Shown here: positions 1 through 9,459 of the stretch, piece by piece
Numbering within the stretch: the stretch's first letter is position 1
Layout of the letters: the number at the start of each line of letters is the position of its first letter
From: a virus
Lineage: Duplodnaviria; Caudoviricetes
Virus record (IMG/VR): IMGVR_UViG_3300037473_000433
Coordinates: 1 to 46,088 of that record
DNA length: 46,088 nt
Strand: one strand, 5' to 3'
The notes under the pieces: model-generated
Seen by the model: the letters and a program-made list of their open reading frames with translations, nothing else
What the model was told of the DNA's origin: nothing
The model's database searches: none
Translations under genes and position numbers: made by a program

Positions 1-875
1 CGAAACGACGAAACCTCCCCAATATGCTGCGCCAGCGATGGGCGATGGTAGTAAAACCGCAGGCCCAGTTCGCGTACCGCCTGACCTACCATCACATCGA
101 TTCTCCGATCAATCGGCCACGTCGCCACTGTCCTCGTTTTCAACAATTCGATTGCTGTTTTCGTCCTGAACAGCAACGCGCAGGCCCCCCACGTCGTCCC
201 GCCAGCGGCATGCAATCCGGGGGACATATCGGGGATTATGTCGGGCGTGTACAAACTGATGCAGCCGGCGTCCTCCGGCCATTTCAATGCGCTGATATAA
301 TTCCGCAGATTCCGGCAGAAAACCACGTCGTCCTGAATTAACAGCACGTAGGCGCTGTCGTGCATCGTCAGGCTGCCCAACGCCATTTTCCAATTCACGA
401 CAGCGTTTCCATCGCGATCATGAAACAGATACGGAAATAAATCTGCGGATTCTATGCTGATCAACGTCCGCTCTAAATAGGGCTGCCCCCGCGGAATAGT
501 CGTACACCCGACCATTAATTCGCCTGGAATAATGTCGGGTTTTTCCTGTCTGTCAGGGCAGGCGATGCATGTTTTAACGCCGCGAATGCCGCCGGAGGAA
601 TGCACAGAACATCGCCCGTGTTTTCGGCAACTAAAAATTACCACGGGGCGTTCCGCGCCGCCGCATGCCGGGCACGTCTGGACATCTACAACCGAACCGC
701 GATGAACGCAGGAAAATTCAATCGGGGCGCCGATCGTATCGCCACAAAGCGCATAAATCGGAAATGTATTTGTCGTGATCAACTGGCCGCAATTCAAACA
801 CCCAACAGTGACAGGATTCGGCAAAACCCGTTTGCTGTTGTCCAGAAATACACATGTCAATTGCGACGATGTCAT
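1..875 (-). CDS. Cys-rich N-terminal domain fused to a GT-A type glycosyltransferase (runs off the window edge; absent from the ORF track)
   Basis: Hand translation from ATG 875 (ATGA overlap with the upstream stop) is open to the edge: MTSSQLTC...CVHRG...TCPACGG...CRKHGRCSV...CIACPD, then YVLLIQDDVVFCRN (DXD-like), WGACALLF, PSLAQHIGEVSS. Confidence 0.75.
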   Translation of the reverse strand, partial: MTSSQLTCVFLDNSKRVLPNPVTVGCLNCGQLITTNTFPIYALCGDTIGAPIEFSCVHRGSVVDVQTCPACGGAERPVVIFSCRKHGRCSVHSSGGIRGVKTCIACPDRQEKPDIIPGELMVGCTTIPRGQPYLERTLISIESADLFPYLFHDRDGNAVVNWKMALGSLTMHDSAYVLLIQDDVVFCRNLRNYISALKWPEDAGCISLYTPDIIPDMSPGLHAAGGTTWGACALLFRTKTAIELLKTRTVATWPIDRRIDVMVGQAVRELGLRFYYHRPSLAQHIGEVSSF

Positions 876-1384
876 GACGGAGTCAATGTGATAGTCGTTG
901 GGGCGGATGATCCGGCAGGGATTAAACAACTACTTCCGGGAACCCTGTTCAGGGTCAGCGGGATAAGGCAATTAGTAACCAACGCGCCCGCCTTGTCAAA
1001 CGCCATAAGAGTGGTCAACCACGTCAGGATCCATCTAAAATCCCCGAATTGGTTATATGACAACCGCCAGAACGCCACGCTAGGTGGACAGACATTCGGA
1101 GAAATCCACGCGCAGCTACCCTGATAGGATAAAACGAATGTTCCGTCCGGTCCGCAGGAACTCGAATCGTCGCAGTTTCCTGTCGTGCTGTGATAGCCAG
1201 AAGTAGAAAATGTCCACCGCGCTGGGATTGTAGTGCAGTTGCCGCAGGTTCCCGGCGTTGTCGAATGCGGGGACGGGCTGGGGGACGGACTGGGGGTAGT
1301 GCAACAACAGTCCCCCATACCAATTCCGGCCGGGACGCGTTCAGAATATTGAAATTTTCGGCTGGGCAACCAGAGCTGCGACAT
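872..1384 (-). CDS. Cys-rich putative tail-associated protein
   Basis: 170 aa, MGDCCC motif and PSPSPSPSP linker; follows the tail-tip genes with tight gene coupling. Confidence 0.6.
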   Translation of the reverse strand: MSQLWLPSRKFQYSERVPAGIGMGDCCCTTPSPSPSPSPHSTTPGTCGNCTTIPARWTFSTSGYHSTTGNCDDSSSCGPDGTFVLSYQGSCAWISPNVCPPSVAFWRLSYNQFGDFRWILTWLTTLMAFDKAGALVTNCLIPLTLNRVPGSSCLIPAGSSAPTTITLTPS

Positions 1385-2125
1385 TCAACATTCCTTGTCG
1401 ATCAGTTCCCAGCGGACCGACGCCGTATTCGCAGTCGGAATCCAGCCGACGCGGACCTTTTGGCCCGACGAAACCGCGACGTACCGGCAATTGGCAGTCA
1501 CCACCGTTCCGTCTGGCGCCGTGACGGTGCATGTACTGCCCTTTGATCCGGACGATGCGGTCGTCCCGATGAATTCAAGACAGGGGCAGGGGCAAACGAG
1601 AACGATCGTATCCGCGGTAATAATATCGCCGACGACAACATATCCGCCAACGTTCAATTTCAATTTGAATGATGAACGGGCGGGGCCTAGAACCTGTCCA
1701 ACGGCAGTGGGGGCGAATGACGAATCGTACAACGCCCACACGTAGTTTTGATTCCGCAGGACGCGTCCATACCCCGCAATGCTGATCGGATTTGGGCCGT
1801 TGACGAGATGACTGTATTGGGCGCCGTATCCATTTGCGTCAGTTTTCCGAACGCGAACCGACGCCTGGCGGCCCGTCGCCGTTCTGTTCGATGTACCGAC
1901 CATCGTTTCCATCAGGGCGTACGCGGGGATTTCCTCTGACCCTGCGTTTTCAACCAGAATCAAATCCCGATGATCGTTAATCGGGAAATAGCCGTTCCCG
2001 TTATCAATAAACGCATCGCCGCCGTTATGACGACGGGACAGGCGCTCCACCTCGGACGCAATCGCATTATCGCGACTGGCGGACGGGCGTTCGCCCTTCA
2101 CAACGCGGCTGAATTTTGCGTCCAT
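1385..2125 (-). CDS. Putative tail tip/baseplate-associated protein
   Basis: 246 aa, second gene downstream of the tape measure gene; positional inference. Confidence 0.5.
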   Translation of the reverse strand: MDAKFSRVVKGERPSASRDNAIASEVERLSRRHNGGDAFIDNGNGYFPINDHRDLILVENAGSEEIPAYALMETMVGTSNRTATGRQASVRVRKTDANGYGAQYSHLVNGPNPISIAGYGRVLRNQNYVWALYDSSFAPTAVGQVLGPARSSFKLKLNVGGYVVVGDIITADTIVLVCPCPCLEFIGTTASSGSKGSTCTVTAPDGTVVTANCRYVAVSSGQKVRVGWIPTANTASVRWELIDKEC

Positions 2126-2128
2126 CGT

Positions 2129-3022
2129 TTACGATTGCTGATTGCCCGCCTGGAACAACGTGGCGAAATTAAACGTTTCGAACATTGACGCGCCGCCCTG
2201 GGCCGCGGCAGATTTTCGAATCCGGAAAAATCCCTGATTCTGCTCATCCCAATAATGATTGTGCCCACCGACAGATGAGCCCCATGTCGCGACGTCGGCC
2301 GCCGTCACCTTTTTACGAGAAATTTTGACGGAAATTTCCCAGAACCGCGTTCCTAGAAACGACATCGTCACCTGTTTACTGTCATAGCCCAGATACTGCA
2401 GCGTCTCCTTTTCATCGTCCGCCCCGCGCAGGCGAAACGTGGCATTATTCAACTGGCCCATTTTTCCATCGAGGGCCGCCCAGTTCGGGGATTCGACGAT
2501 ATGGTCCACGATCGTATGTTCAATCGTGGGAACAAAAATCCCGCGTACGGTTCCTGATGGGACGCGTTTTCCGTCCGCGTCCCAAACCAGCCCCCCGGAA
2601 TCCTCGAATGTCAGGAACTGCCCACCGCCCGTCATCTGGTGCGACAGCATCTCCTTGGGATCATAATTGATAGGCTGGCCGCTGGTGTCCGGCAGGGCGC
2701 CGACGCCGGGGATTTCGTAGGTAATGTCAACCTTGGCGAGTTCATGCGCCAGAACCCCGTTCGTATCCACGCCGCTATTAGCCGCGTCGTCATGATGCGG
2801 TTTGATTTTGAATGACGAAACCCGAAACTGCGGCAATCCGGGCATCTTCTGCCCCACGCCGCTGACAGAATTCTGGCCCAACGTCGTAGCGGCGGGCATC
2901 AGTTCATCGGCATAGGTTAACGCGTCATCCCAATCAATAATCACCTGTCGCTCAATACTCATTCTCCCATTCGAGAAATTGAATACCGGGGACCCGGCGC
3001 ATTCATCGTATGCTACAGCCAT
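2129..3022 (-). CDS. Putative distal tail/hub protein
   Basis: 297 aa beta-rich ORF immediately downstream of the tape measure gene. Confidence 0.55.
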   Translation of the reverse strand: MAVAYDECAGSPVFNFSNGRMSIERQVIIDWDDALTYADELMPAATTLGQNSVSGVGQKMPGLPQFRVSSFKIKPHHDDAANSGVDTNGVLAHELAKVDITYEIPGVGALPDTSGQPINYDPKEMLSHQMTGGGQFLTFEDSGGLVWDADGKRVPSGTVRGIFVPTIEHTIVDHIVESPNWAALDGKMGQLNNATFRLRGADDEKETLQYLGYDSKQVTMSFLGTRFWEISVKISRKKVTAADVATWGSSVGGHNHYWDEQNQGFFRIRKSAAAQGGASMFETFNFATLFQAGNQQS

Positions 3023-3028
3023 GCGGGC

Positions 3029-4996
3029 CTAATCCTTATATCCGGCGGGTTCCAGATTTTCGTTAATTTTCTCGAGCTGCGAAACAGTCATTTTCGCGTA
3101 CTGCGCGGTTTTGCGGATGTCCTGCTCCGTTCCGCTGGACATCAACGACAACTGTACGCGATTCCCCATTTCTGCAATTCCAGAAAACGACGGGGCGACG
3201 CGCTTCTTCGCCAGTTCGTCTAATTGCTTCCGGCCGGCGGCATCCGTCATCGCCATTAATGCCTGACGTTTCTCAACCGAAATATTTTCCATGTCAGCGA
3301 TTTCGCGCTTCCGTTCCTTCATCTGGTCCAGGATGCGACCGACGGGGGCGAATGCGGGGGCGATGTCATCCCGCATTTCTCCAACCAATCGCCGCGTCTG
3401 CGCGAACTGGGAATTCGCCTCCTGCTTCTTCCGTTTGTCGTCCTCCTTGATCGCGTCGCGTCGTTCCTTGTCCGCCTGGGCGTCGATATCATCAAGCATT
3501 TTCATACCGGCCGTTGTCGTTCCGGTAGCATCCATCGCCTCGTTTGCCTTTTTACGCTTCGCCCGACGGTTTTCCTCAATCTGAACCAGTTTCCGCCCCA
3601 GATCATCCGTCGCGGCCAACCCGCGTTTAATTTCGCCCAGTTCCTTGTTGCCAACCTCCTTCAATCGTTCCTTGATCCTGACGCGTTCGCGTTCCTTAAC
3701 CAGAACATCATTTGACTTTTCCGCTATTCTGGCCTCAGACGCGGCGACGTCCTCATTGATTTTTTTGAGTTCATCAGCACTACGGGCACGCCCGACGGTC
3801 ACCTGTCCCGTTTTATCATTGAACGTCGCGATCAACCCGTCACCAATATCCGCCGCGCCCTTCCCCATCAAATCGCGAATCGCAGGCCCCCATGCGTTTA
3901 TCCCCTTACCTCCCGCCGCCTCAACGGCGTTCGCCAGTTCGCCGCGGAAAAAGTCCATGCCCATATTACCGACATCTACACGGGCCGAGCCGATGCCCTC
4001 GGGTTGTCGCAATTTTTTCATATCCTCGAGTTTGCGACGTTCCTCCTCGATCTCCTTTTTAGTAACTGCGATTTCATCATCTACTGATTTTTGACGGGCC
4101 AGGCCCTCGTGGGAACTGCCGAATTCCCCGGGCATAATGTCCGCCCGGAATAGATCGACATTCAGTTTCGCGCGGTTCTGCAAATGCTGCACAGATGCCG
4201 CCAACCGTTCCATGCGTTTTGCCGTGTCGTCCGCGGCGTTTCCTGTATCCAGCAGATACGGATAGAGAACCGTCGCCAACGTCAGGCCCAACCCGACAAA
4301 CGCCCCCTGCAGCGGATTGATAATCGCCGCCACCTGCGACCAGTTGTTCACCGACGCCCGCAATGCCCCCTGCAGGCCCATCGGGCCGTACATGACGCTA
4401 AAGTCCTGGGCACCGAACGAGGCCTGCAACAACGCCTGATTGAATCGATTCATGCGGGCCTGTGCCGCGGCCTGCGCATGCTGGGCAGCCTCGCGCGCCC
4501 GGGGATCAACCATCGTCCTGTCAACGCGGGGACGTCCCTGCGCAATCCATTGCTGCAACGATTGTTGCCGGGCGGCGTCCTCGGCCTGCTGCTGTTCGAA
4601 TTTCCGCCGGGACATCCGCATCGCCTCGAGATCGGCGGCCTTCTGCGATGCGGCGGTTTGTCGTCCGACGGCCGCGACCTCAACCTGTCGCTGCTGCTCG
4701 CGATCCATCAACTGCGTCCGCTGGGCTGTATGCGAACGCATGGCCGACAAATCGGCCTGACGTTGCTGGGCAACGCGGGGGTCGATGGGCGGGCGTTCAA
4801 TAACCCGCATATCCTGCAATTTAGCGGCCAGCGTCGATTCCGCGTCCTCACGCAGTTTAATATTGCGAAGAAACGCTGCGCTGGTGGCCTGGAGATGCGT
4901 TTGAACGGCCTGACGATTTCGATCCAGACTGCGCGGGACGCCAGAATCCCGAACAGCAATCTCGATGAACGCCTCGGCAAGACGATTTCTACCCAT
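3029..4996 (-). CDS. Tape measure protein
   Basis: 655 aa, Ala/Gln/Arg-rich helical sequence, N-terminal LAEAFIEI motif, central hydrophobic segment; follows the tail chaperones. Confidence 0.85.
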   Translation of the reverse strand: MGRNRLAEAFIEIAVRDSGVPRSLDRNRQAVQTHLQATSAAFLRNIKLREDAESTLAAKLQDMRVIERPPIDPRVAQQRQADLSAMRSHTAQRTQLMDREQQRQVEVAAVGRQTAASQKAADLEAMRMSRRKFEQQQAEDAARQQSLQQWIAQGRPRVDRTMVDPRAREAAQHAQAAAQARMNRFNQALLQASFGAQDFSVMYGPMGLQGALRASVNNWSQVAAIINPLQGAFVGLGLTLATVLYPYLLDTGNAADDTAKRMERLAASVQHLQNRAKLNVDLFRADIMPGEFGSSHEGLARQKSVDDEIAVTKKEIEEERRKLEDMKKLRQPEGIGSARVDVGNMGMDFFRGELANAVEAAGGKGINAWGPAIRDLMGKGAADIGDGLIATFNDKTGQVTVGRARSADELKKINEDVAASEARIAEKSNDVLVKERERVRIKERLKEVGNKELGEIKRGLAATDDLGRKLVQIEENRRAKRKKANEAMDATGTTTAGMKMLDDIDAQADKERRDAIKEDDKRKKQEANSQFAQTRRLVGEMRDDIAPAFAPVGRILDQMKERKREIADMENISVEKRQALMAMTDAAGRKQLDELAKKRVAPSFSGIAEMGNRVQLSLMSSGTEQDIRKTAQYAKMTVSQLEKINENLEPAGYKD

Positions 4997-5729
4997 TATT
5001 CCCCGCCTGACAAAACCCGTTCAGCGTACTCAATTCCATCCGCCAAACGTTGTTGAAATTCTGCCTTTTTACGATACGAAACGTTGGGATTCGTCGTTTT
5101 TGTTTTCCCCAGGGCGTCCTCGATCGGACTGAAATACAACGACACGGCGGGGATCGTCAGACGTAAAACCTGGTCCGGCCCCCAATGGAACTCCGTTGCG
5201 AAATGACGAAATATCAGTTTCCACGGGAATCCCTCCCCATTATCGCCCCCGCCTGGGGGGCTCAGGAGTTTCCCAGCGCCGTATGCCCGGATGCCCGATC
5301 AATCGCATCCAGGATTTCGGTTCGGGCCTGCATGAACAGCGCGGGATCCTCAGCGGCCGTCTCCATCAACCAGAACAGAACGCCGCGAATCGTCAACGCT
5401 TGGTCCTGATCGCGGATCGCCATCCAGATTTGAAACGCCTCGCCATACGGACTGTTGTGAAACTCCGTGTAATCCGCGTAGCTGCATGTCGCCCAGCCCC
5501 GAAAATTCTTCGACAGGGCTACGGCAACGTTATTCACCACCTGCGGGTCGTTGCGATACTCCGCTGCAGCGGAAACCAGCCGCTGCAGCGGGTCCCCCCG
5601 CAGACGCATGATTTCCGCCTCAAGCATCGCGTAATATTCAACGGTACGTCCCCGGATTGTCCATTGACGCCCCATGAACGTAGCAACGCCGCCAGCGCCG
5701 ACAATCGGCGCGACAGATGTCTCGGCCAT
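4996..5729 (-). CDS. Tail assembly chaperone, long -1 frameshifted form (lambda gpGT-like)
   Basis: After G GGA AAC the -1 frame is open (KLLSPPGGGDNGEGFPWKLIFRHFATEFHWGPDQVLRLTIP...SGGE*) and ends in a TAA overlapping the tape measure ATG (TAATG). Confidence 0.8.
5245..5274 (-). other. Programmed -1 ribosomal frameshift signal: slippery GGGAAAC plus downstream GC hairpin
   Basis: X XXY YYZ heptamer at 5274-5268, followed 6 nt later by GCCCCC-CAGGC-GGGGGC. Confidence 0.8.
5262..5729 (-). CDS. Tail assembly chaperone, short form (lambda gpG-like)
   Basis: 155 aa between the tail tube and tape measure genes; ends ...ALGNS* across the slippery heptamer. Confidence 0.8.
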   Translation of the reverse strand: MAETSVAPIVGAGGVATFMGRQWTIRGRTVEYYAMLEAEIMRLRGDPLQRLVSAAAEYRNDPQVVNNVAVALSKNFRGWATCSYADYTEFHNSPYGEAFQIWMAIRDQDQALTIRGVLFWLMETAAEDPALFMQARTEILDAIDRASGHTALGNS

Positions 5730-5776
5730 TTTTCACCTCGGAATGAAAAATGAGGAAAATTGACGGAACAGAACGA

Positions 5777-6175
5777 TTAGTTGAAGGCCCAGGGGCCATC
5801 CGATTCGAACGGGGCCGACCATTCCTCGATGTCGCCCGTGTCGTTGTTGACTGTGAATTCCAGTTGCCCGAACCGTCCCGGGCCGCTGAAATACTTCGGC
5901 GGGCTACTGTCGAAGTTCAACCGGATTTGCACGATACTGTCCGTGTTGAGCTGCGTATCGATCGGGTCCGAGGAATTGTACTTCCCCTTCACCGTGCCGG
6001 AAACCTTCTTGTTTCCGATCTGAGTTTTCTGCCAGCCGGCGCCCGACTTGCTGTTGTAGGTTTTCAACCCCTTATCCAGGGTAAATTGAAAATCCGTGAA
6101 TTCGGCAATCGTACACGAGCCAACGACGGCCCAGCCCTTATTGCCTGAAATACCCCGTTCCAGCGTACCCGACAT
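5777..6175 (-). CDS. Major tail tube protein
   Basis: 132 aa with SGAGWQKTQIGNKKVSGTVKGKY and C-terminal EEWSAPFESDG pattern typical of tail tube proteins; position. Confidence 0.75.
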   Translation of the reverse strand: MSGTLERGISGNKGWAVVGSCTIAEFTDFQFTLDKGLKTYNSKSGAGWQKTQIGNKKVSGTVKGKYNSSDPIDTQLNTDSIVQIRLNFDSSPPKYFSGPGRFGQLEFTVNNDTGDIEEWSAPFESDGPWAFN

Positions 6176-6203
6176 AATCTAATCCTCCAGAATATTTCAG
6201 GGA

Positions 6204-6749
6204 TTAAACAGTACCCAACAGCGCAAAATCATAATCCAGCGCGCCGGACGATCCGCCGTCATGCGAAATCCGCAGGACTGATGCGATTGTCGGGCAAAGG
6301 ATCCCCGTAGTCATACGGGACAGATAGAATTCATCCTGCGGCCCAAGTTTGATCACGTTCCCGGACGAAATCACGGCGTCGTTAAACAGGGCCGTCCAGC
6401 CGTTTGACGGGGCGGGTTTGATCAACAGATTCGCGCCATTCGCCGACACCGGCTCCTGATTTTTAATGTAAATGACGCGTATGGTTTCAAAATTAATCGT
6501 GTCGCCGAAATCGGGACACACCAACGCGGACAGGTTGATATCATCCGTACCGGATGCAGCCGTCAGGCTGCGCCGTTTCGCATATGGGCGCGTCGCCATC
6601 GAAACGCCCGTGCCGAATGTCCACGCCCGTTTGCTGTCCCCCCTAGAACTATATTCACGCTTGGCGGGCGCGCTGGTTGCCCCATTCAGATCGTTCAACG
6701 AACTGAAGTTAAAGTTGATTTCTGTCTGGGCTGTAACGGTGATGGACAT
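6204..6749 (-). CDS. Putative virion structural protein
   Basis: 181 aa beta-rich ORF between the tail terminator and tail tube genes. Confidence 0.5.
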   Translation of the reverse strand: MSITVTAQTEINFNFSSLNDLNGATSAPAKREYSSRGDSKRAWTFGTGVSMATRPYAKRRSLTAASGTDDINLSALVCPDFGDTINFETIRVIYIKNQEPVSANGANLLIKPAPSNGWTALFNDAVISSGNVIKLGPQDEFYLSRMTTGILCPTIASVLRISHDGGSSGALDYDFALLGTV

Positions 6750-6751
6750 TG

Positions 6752-7195
6752 TTACGAGGCCGGGGCCAGATTTCGGGATTCGGAATAGACAACCGCGAAT
6801 GTTTGCGTGACGCGCCAGACGTCCCGTGATTCCTCAGACGCGATCGGATCCCCGTCGGGTTCGATGGAAACAATCGTCCCCGTCGTTTGTCCCATCGTCA
6901 TCGCATTCGCCGCGGCCCGGTCAGCGTTCGTCAGGGCCTCGCGAATCGCGACGGCCCCCGCGTCCGCGTCCGCGTCGTTATACGCGTAGTTGTCGATCTG
7001 GATGGAACAGCGAATGTATCGGCTGGATTTCGACGCAGAAACCTTCGCGGACGTCACATCCATGTACGTGGCATATGCCACGCCTGCCGCCAATCCCTCA
7101 GGCGCAGATCCGCGGGACAAACCCCCGGGGATGACCGCATCCAGGTTTTTCGCGTCCCAGCGGGCGCATAAGGCGGAGTTCAATCCTGCGCTCAT
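6752..7195 (-). CDS. Tail terminator/completion protein
   Basis: 147 aa with IQIDNYA and WRVTQTFAV patterns; position after the neck gene. Confidence 0.7.
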   Translation of the reverse strand: MSAGLNSALCARWDAKNLDAVIPGGLSRGSAPEGLAAGVAYATYMDVTSAKVSASKSSRYIRCSIQIDNYAYNDADADAGAVAIREALTNADRAAANAMTMGQTTGTIVSIEPDGDPIASEESRDVWRVTQTFAVVYSESRNLAPAS

Positions 7196-7782
7196 GCCGG
7201 CCCCCCAAAAATCTGTTGATAGCGGGGCCGCATCTCATCCAGCGACGGGCGCAGGAATGGGTGCGGTTTAATCGTCACCTCAGTCGTGATAACGTAATGA
7301 ATGATCGAACGACGGTTCCGGCCCCCGATCGTCTCAACAAGGAAAATCGTGGCGGCGGATCGAACGATTTTTCGTAATCGTTTTCCGTTCGGCATGAAAT
7401 CCAACGCCCGGCCCCCGCGCCGCCGAAATGTCCGGGCCTGGGGACTGAGGGGGATCGCCAGGTACTTACCGTTTTTCGGCCGGATGGTTTTTCCCAATTC
7501 CTGCGTCAATGCATATTTCGATGGCGTCCCGATGATCCGTACCAAATCCCCCCGCCGTTCCCAGAAAATGGACTGCCGCAACTGCCCATTGTCAACGTGC
7601 GGCGGGGCGCCGGCGGCGTAACTATCCGCATGCGTCCCAACGTGCCCGCGTCGTCCGGCGGACAGTTTATGTTTTACGTGTTGCGTCGTTTCCTGCGCGC
7701 ATTGATCCATGCGGCGGATTAGTTCGGTGTGAATCTCCCGTTCGACCGATTTTCCATACCATCGAATTTCATACCCGGCCAT
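7192..7782 (-). CDS. HK97 gp10-like neck/tail completion protein
   Basis: Start MAGYEI overlaps the upstream TAA; PPHVDNGQLRQSI, YALTQELG and PHPFLRPSL motifs. Confidence 0.75.
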   Translation of the reverse strand: MAGYEIRWYGKSVEREIHTELIRRMDQCAQETTQHVKHKLSAGRRGHVGTHADSYAAGAPPHVDNGQLRQSIFWERRGDLVRIIGTPSKYALTQELGKTIRPKNGKYLAIPLSPQARTFRRRGGRALDFMPNGKRLRKIVRSAATIFLVETIGGRNRRSIIHYVITTEVTIKPHPFLRPSLDEMRPRYQQIFGGPA

Positions 7783-8150
7783 TATTTGACCCCCCGATTT
7801 GATTCCTCGAGGGATGCAATCCACAGCCGGTCCAATTCCTGAACGTTCGTCAGCGTCAGCACATTGAGCGTGCGTTCGGGCGTCGTCGCCGTCGCCGCCA
7901 CAATGAATTGATCGCGGTTATCCACGCGCGGGTTGGACGTAAATAGCATGTAATCCGTCGCGTCCTCATCGCGGATTCCATATTGCTCGCGCTCCCGGGG
8001 ACTGGCCTTCATCAACCGACCCGACGCGGACGTGGGTAGACTGCCGCGGGCGGCCGTTGAAAAGGTTCTGGCATTACCCTTGGTGACGGTTTTTGCAGTC
8101 GTCTGCCGTTTGATCGTGACAGTCTTCAGATTCGTAGTCAGGAGGCTCAT
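7782..8150 (-). CDS. Head closure (stopper) protein
   Basis: 122 aa, TVTIKRQT N-terminus, beta-rich; position after the connector. Confidence 0.65.
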   Translation of the reverse strand: MSLLTTNLKTVTIKRQTTAKTVTKGNARTFSTAARGSLPTSASGRLMKASPREREQYGIRDEDATDYMLFTSNPRVDNRDQFIVAATATTPERTLNVLTLTNVQELDRLWIASLEESNRGVK

Positions 8151-8929
8151 GCCGTCCTCCTGACGTACGGGACCAACAGTTCGCAGGATTCCCCCGGCAG
8201 GGACATGGACATTGCAACATTTTTCCCCGCCAGGGACGTGTCATAGCTGACAGAATGCCCGGAAACCGAAATCGATTCTGATCGTAACGGCCCCACGCCG
8301 GCGGATGTCCCGGATTGCCAAACCTCAGACTGTTTCGCATGTTTGACGACGGCCAGAATTGCCGCCAGCCGCATGTCAGACGCGTTAATTTCCGGGGATG
8401 TGCCGCCGTCGAATTCAGCCGCCGTATAGCCGGAATAGTAGACGAGTTTCACCGTCCCCTTACGTCCCGGCCATGTCGCATTGATTCTGCGAATGAACCC
8501 CGTTCGGGAAATTCCATCCTCATCGAAATCCACCCAGAAATCCCGCCCGGCCGTCAACTGCGTTTCCGCGAGGAAATCGTTCGGCCCCTGTCCCCCATAG
8601 GCGTTCCAGTCGACATATGCAGCGACGACGGAACGCACCGGCAGACAACGGGCGATCAACAGGGCATCCTCGCCGGCATCCCCGCCGTCAACGACGACGC
8701 GATTATCAACGACGTCAAATGTCGGGTCCTCATCCGTCACCGAAACGCCCGCGCGCGTCGGGTAATATTCCGTACGTAGGGCATAATGCGGATTGTATTT
8801 GATGTGCGAATGGATGGCGCGTTCCGCCATCGGGATCAGCATATTCAACAGGGCGCGCTGCGCAGCGGTGGCCGTATCCGCAATTTGCAGATAGGTCAGA
8901 ACGTCGCCAACCGATGCAATGGACGCCAT
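8147..8929 (-). CDS. Head-tail connector/adaptor protein
   Basis: 260 aa: VLTYLQI...AERAIHSH, VKLVYYSGY, SESISVSGHSVSY, LLVPYVR pattern. Confidence 0.75.
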   Translation of the reverse strand: MASIASVGDVLTYLQIADTATAAQRALLNMLIPMAERAIHSHIKYNPHYALRTEYYPTRAGVSVTDEDPTFDVVDNRVVVDGGDAGEDALLIARCLPVRSVVAAYVDWNAYGGQGPNDFLAETQLTAGRDFWVDFDEDGISRTGFIRRINATWPGRKGTVKLVYYSGYTAAEFDGGTSPEINASDMRLAAILAVVKHAKQSEVWQSGTSAGVGPLRSESISVSGHSVSYDTSLAGKNVAMSMSLPGESCELLVPYVRRTA

Positions 8930-9312
8930 TAGGTTAACCCGATATCCCCGCCAGGGGCCTCCAGCAGATTCAAAACGCCGTATTCGACCGATTTAATTCG
9001 ATCGCTGTCCCCGGTATCCACGAGCGACAATTCCGCGTCGTACACCAGCGGAGGCAGGCCCGCTGTATCGCCCCCGGCGATTTTCAGGGTATAGGCGCCG
9101 GTTGTCCTGTCGAACGTCAGGATAGAACCGCCTGACGCCGCCCCGATTGAATCCAGATCCAGAATCGGCGTCGCCCCGTTCCGGCGATACGCCTTAAATC
9201 GAAGCACAGTCCCCACAGCGGATCCAGTGACCGCCGTTGTCCCGTCGTCCTCATAAACCGTACCAGCAAAATCCTGCGTACGGCCGACGTTCGCTGTTAG
9301 GGAAAATGACAT
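8929..9312 (-). CDS. Ig-like/BppU N-terminal-like virion protein
   Basis: 127 aa ending GLPPLVYDAELSLVD...GVLNL; lies in the head-neck cluster. Confidence 0.5.
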   Translation of the reverse strand: MSFSLTANVGRTQDFAGTVYEDDGTTAVTGSAVGTVLRFKAYRRNGATPILDLDSIGAASGGSILTFDRTTGAYTLKIAGGDTAGLPPLVYDAELSLVDTGDSDRIKSVEYGVLNLLEAPGGDIGLT

Positions 9313-9459
9313 TTATTTTGTTCGGAGTTTCTGTTTTCCGGAACCACCGCAAATCGGACAGGACTTCGTTTCGTATCGCCCGTCCTCTGCCGCAACGCGA
9401 ATTACCCGGGCACCGCCGCATCGCCTGCATTTTTTCCCAGAATTATCGGCAACAGACAT
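9313..9459 (-). CDS. 48-aa zinc-finger microprotein (DnaJ-type CxxCxG motifs); below the ORF-track cutoff
   Basis: MSVADNSGKKCRRCGGARVIRVAAEDGRYETKSCPICGGSGKQKLRTK*; stop abuts the next ATG at 9312. Confidence 0.65.
   Translation of the reverse strand: MSVADNSGKKCRRCGGARVIRVAAEDGRYETKSCPICGGSGKQKLRTK

Noticed and set aside
4184-5056. 290-aa plus-strand ORF
   Set aside because: Antisense to the tape measure gene; Arg-rich shadow composition
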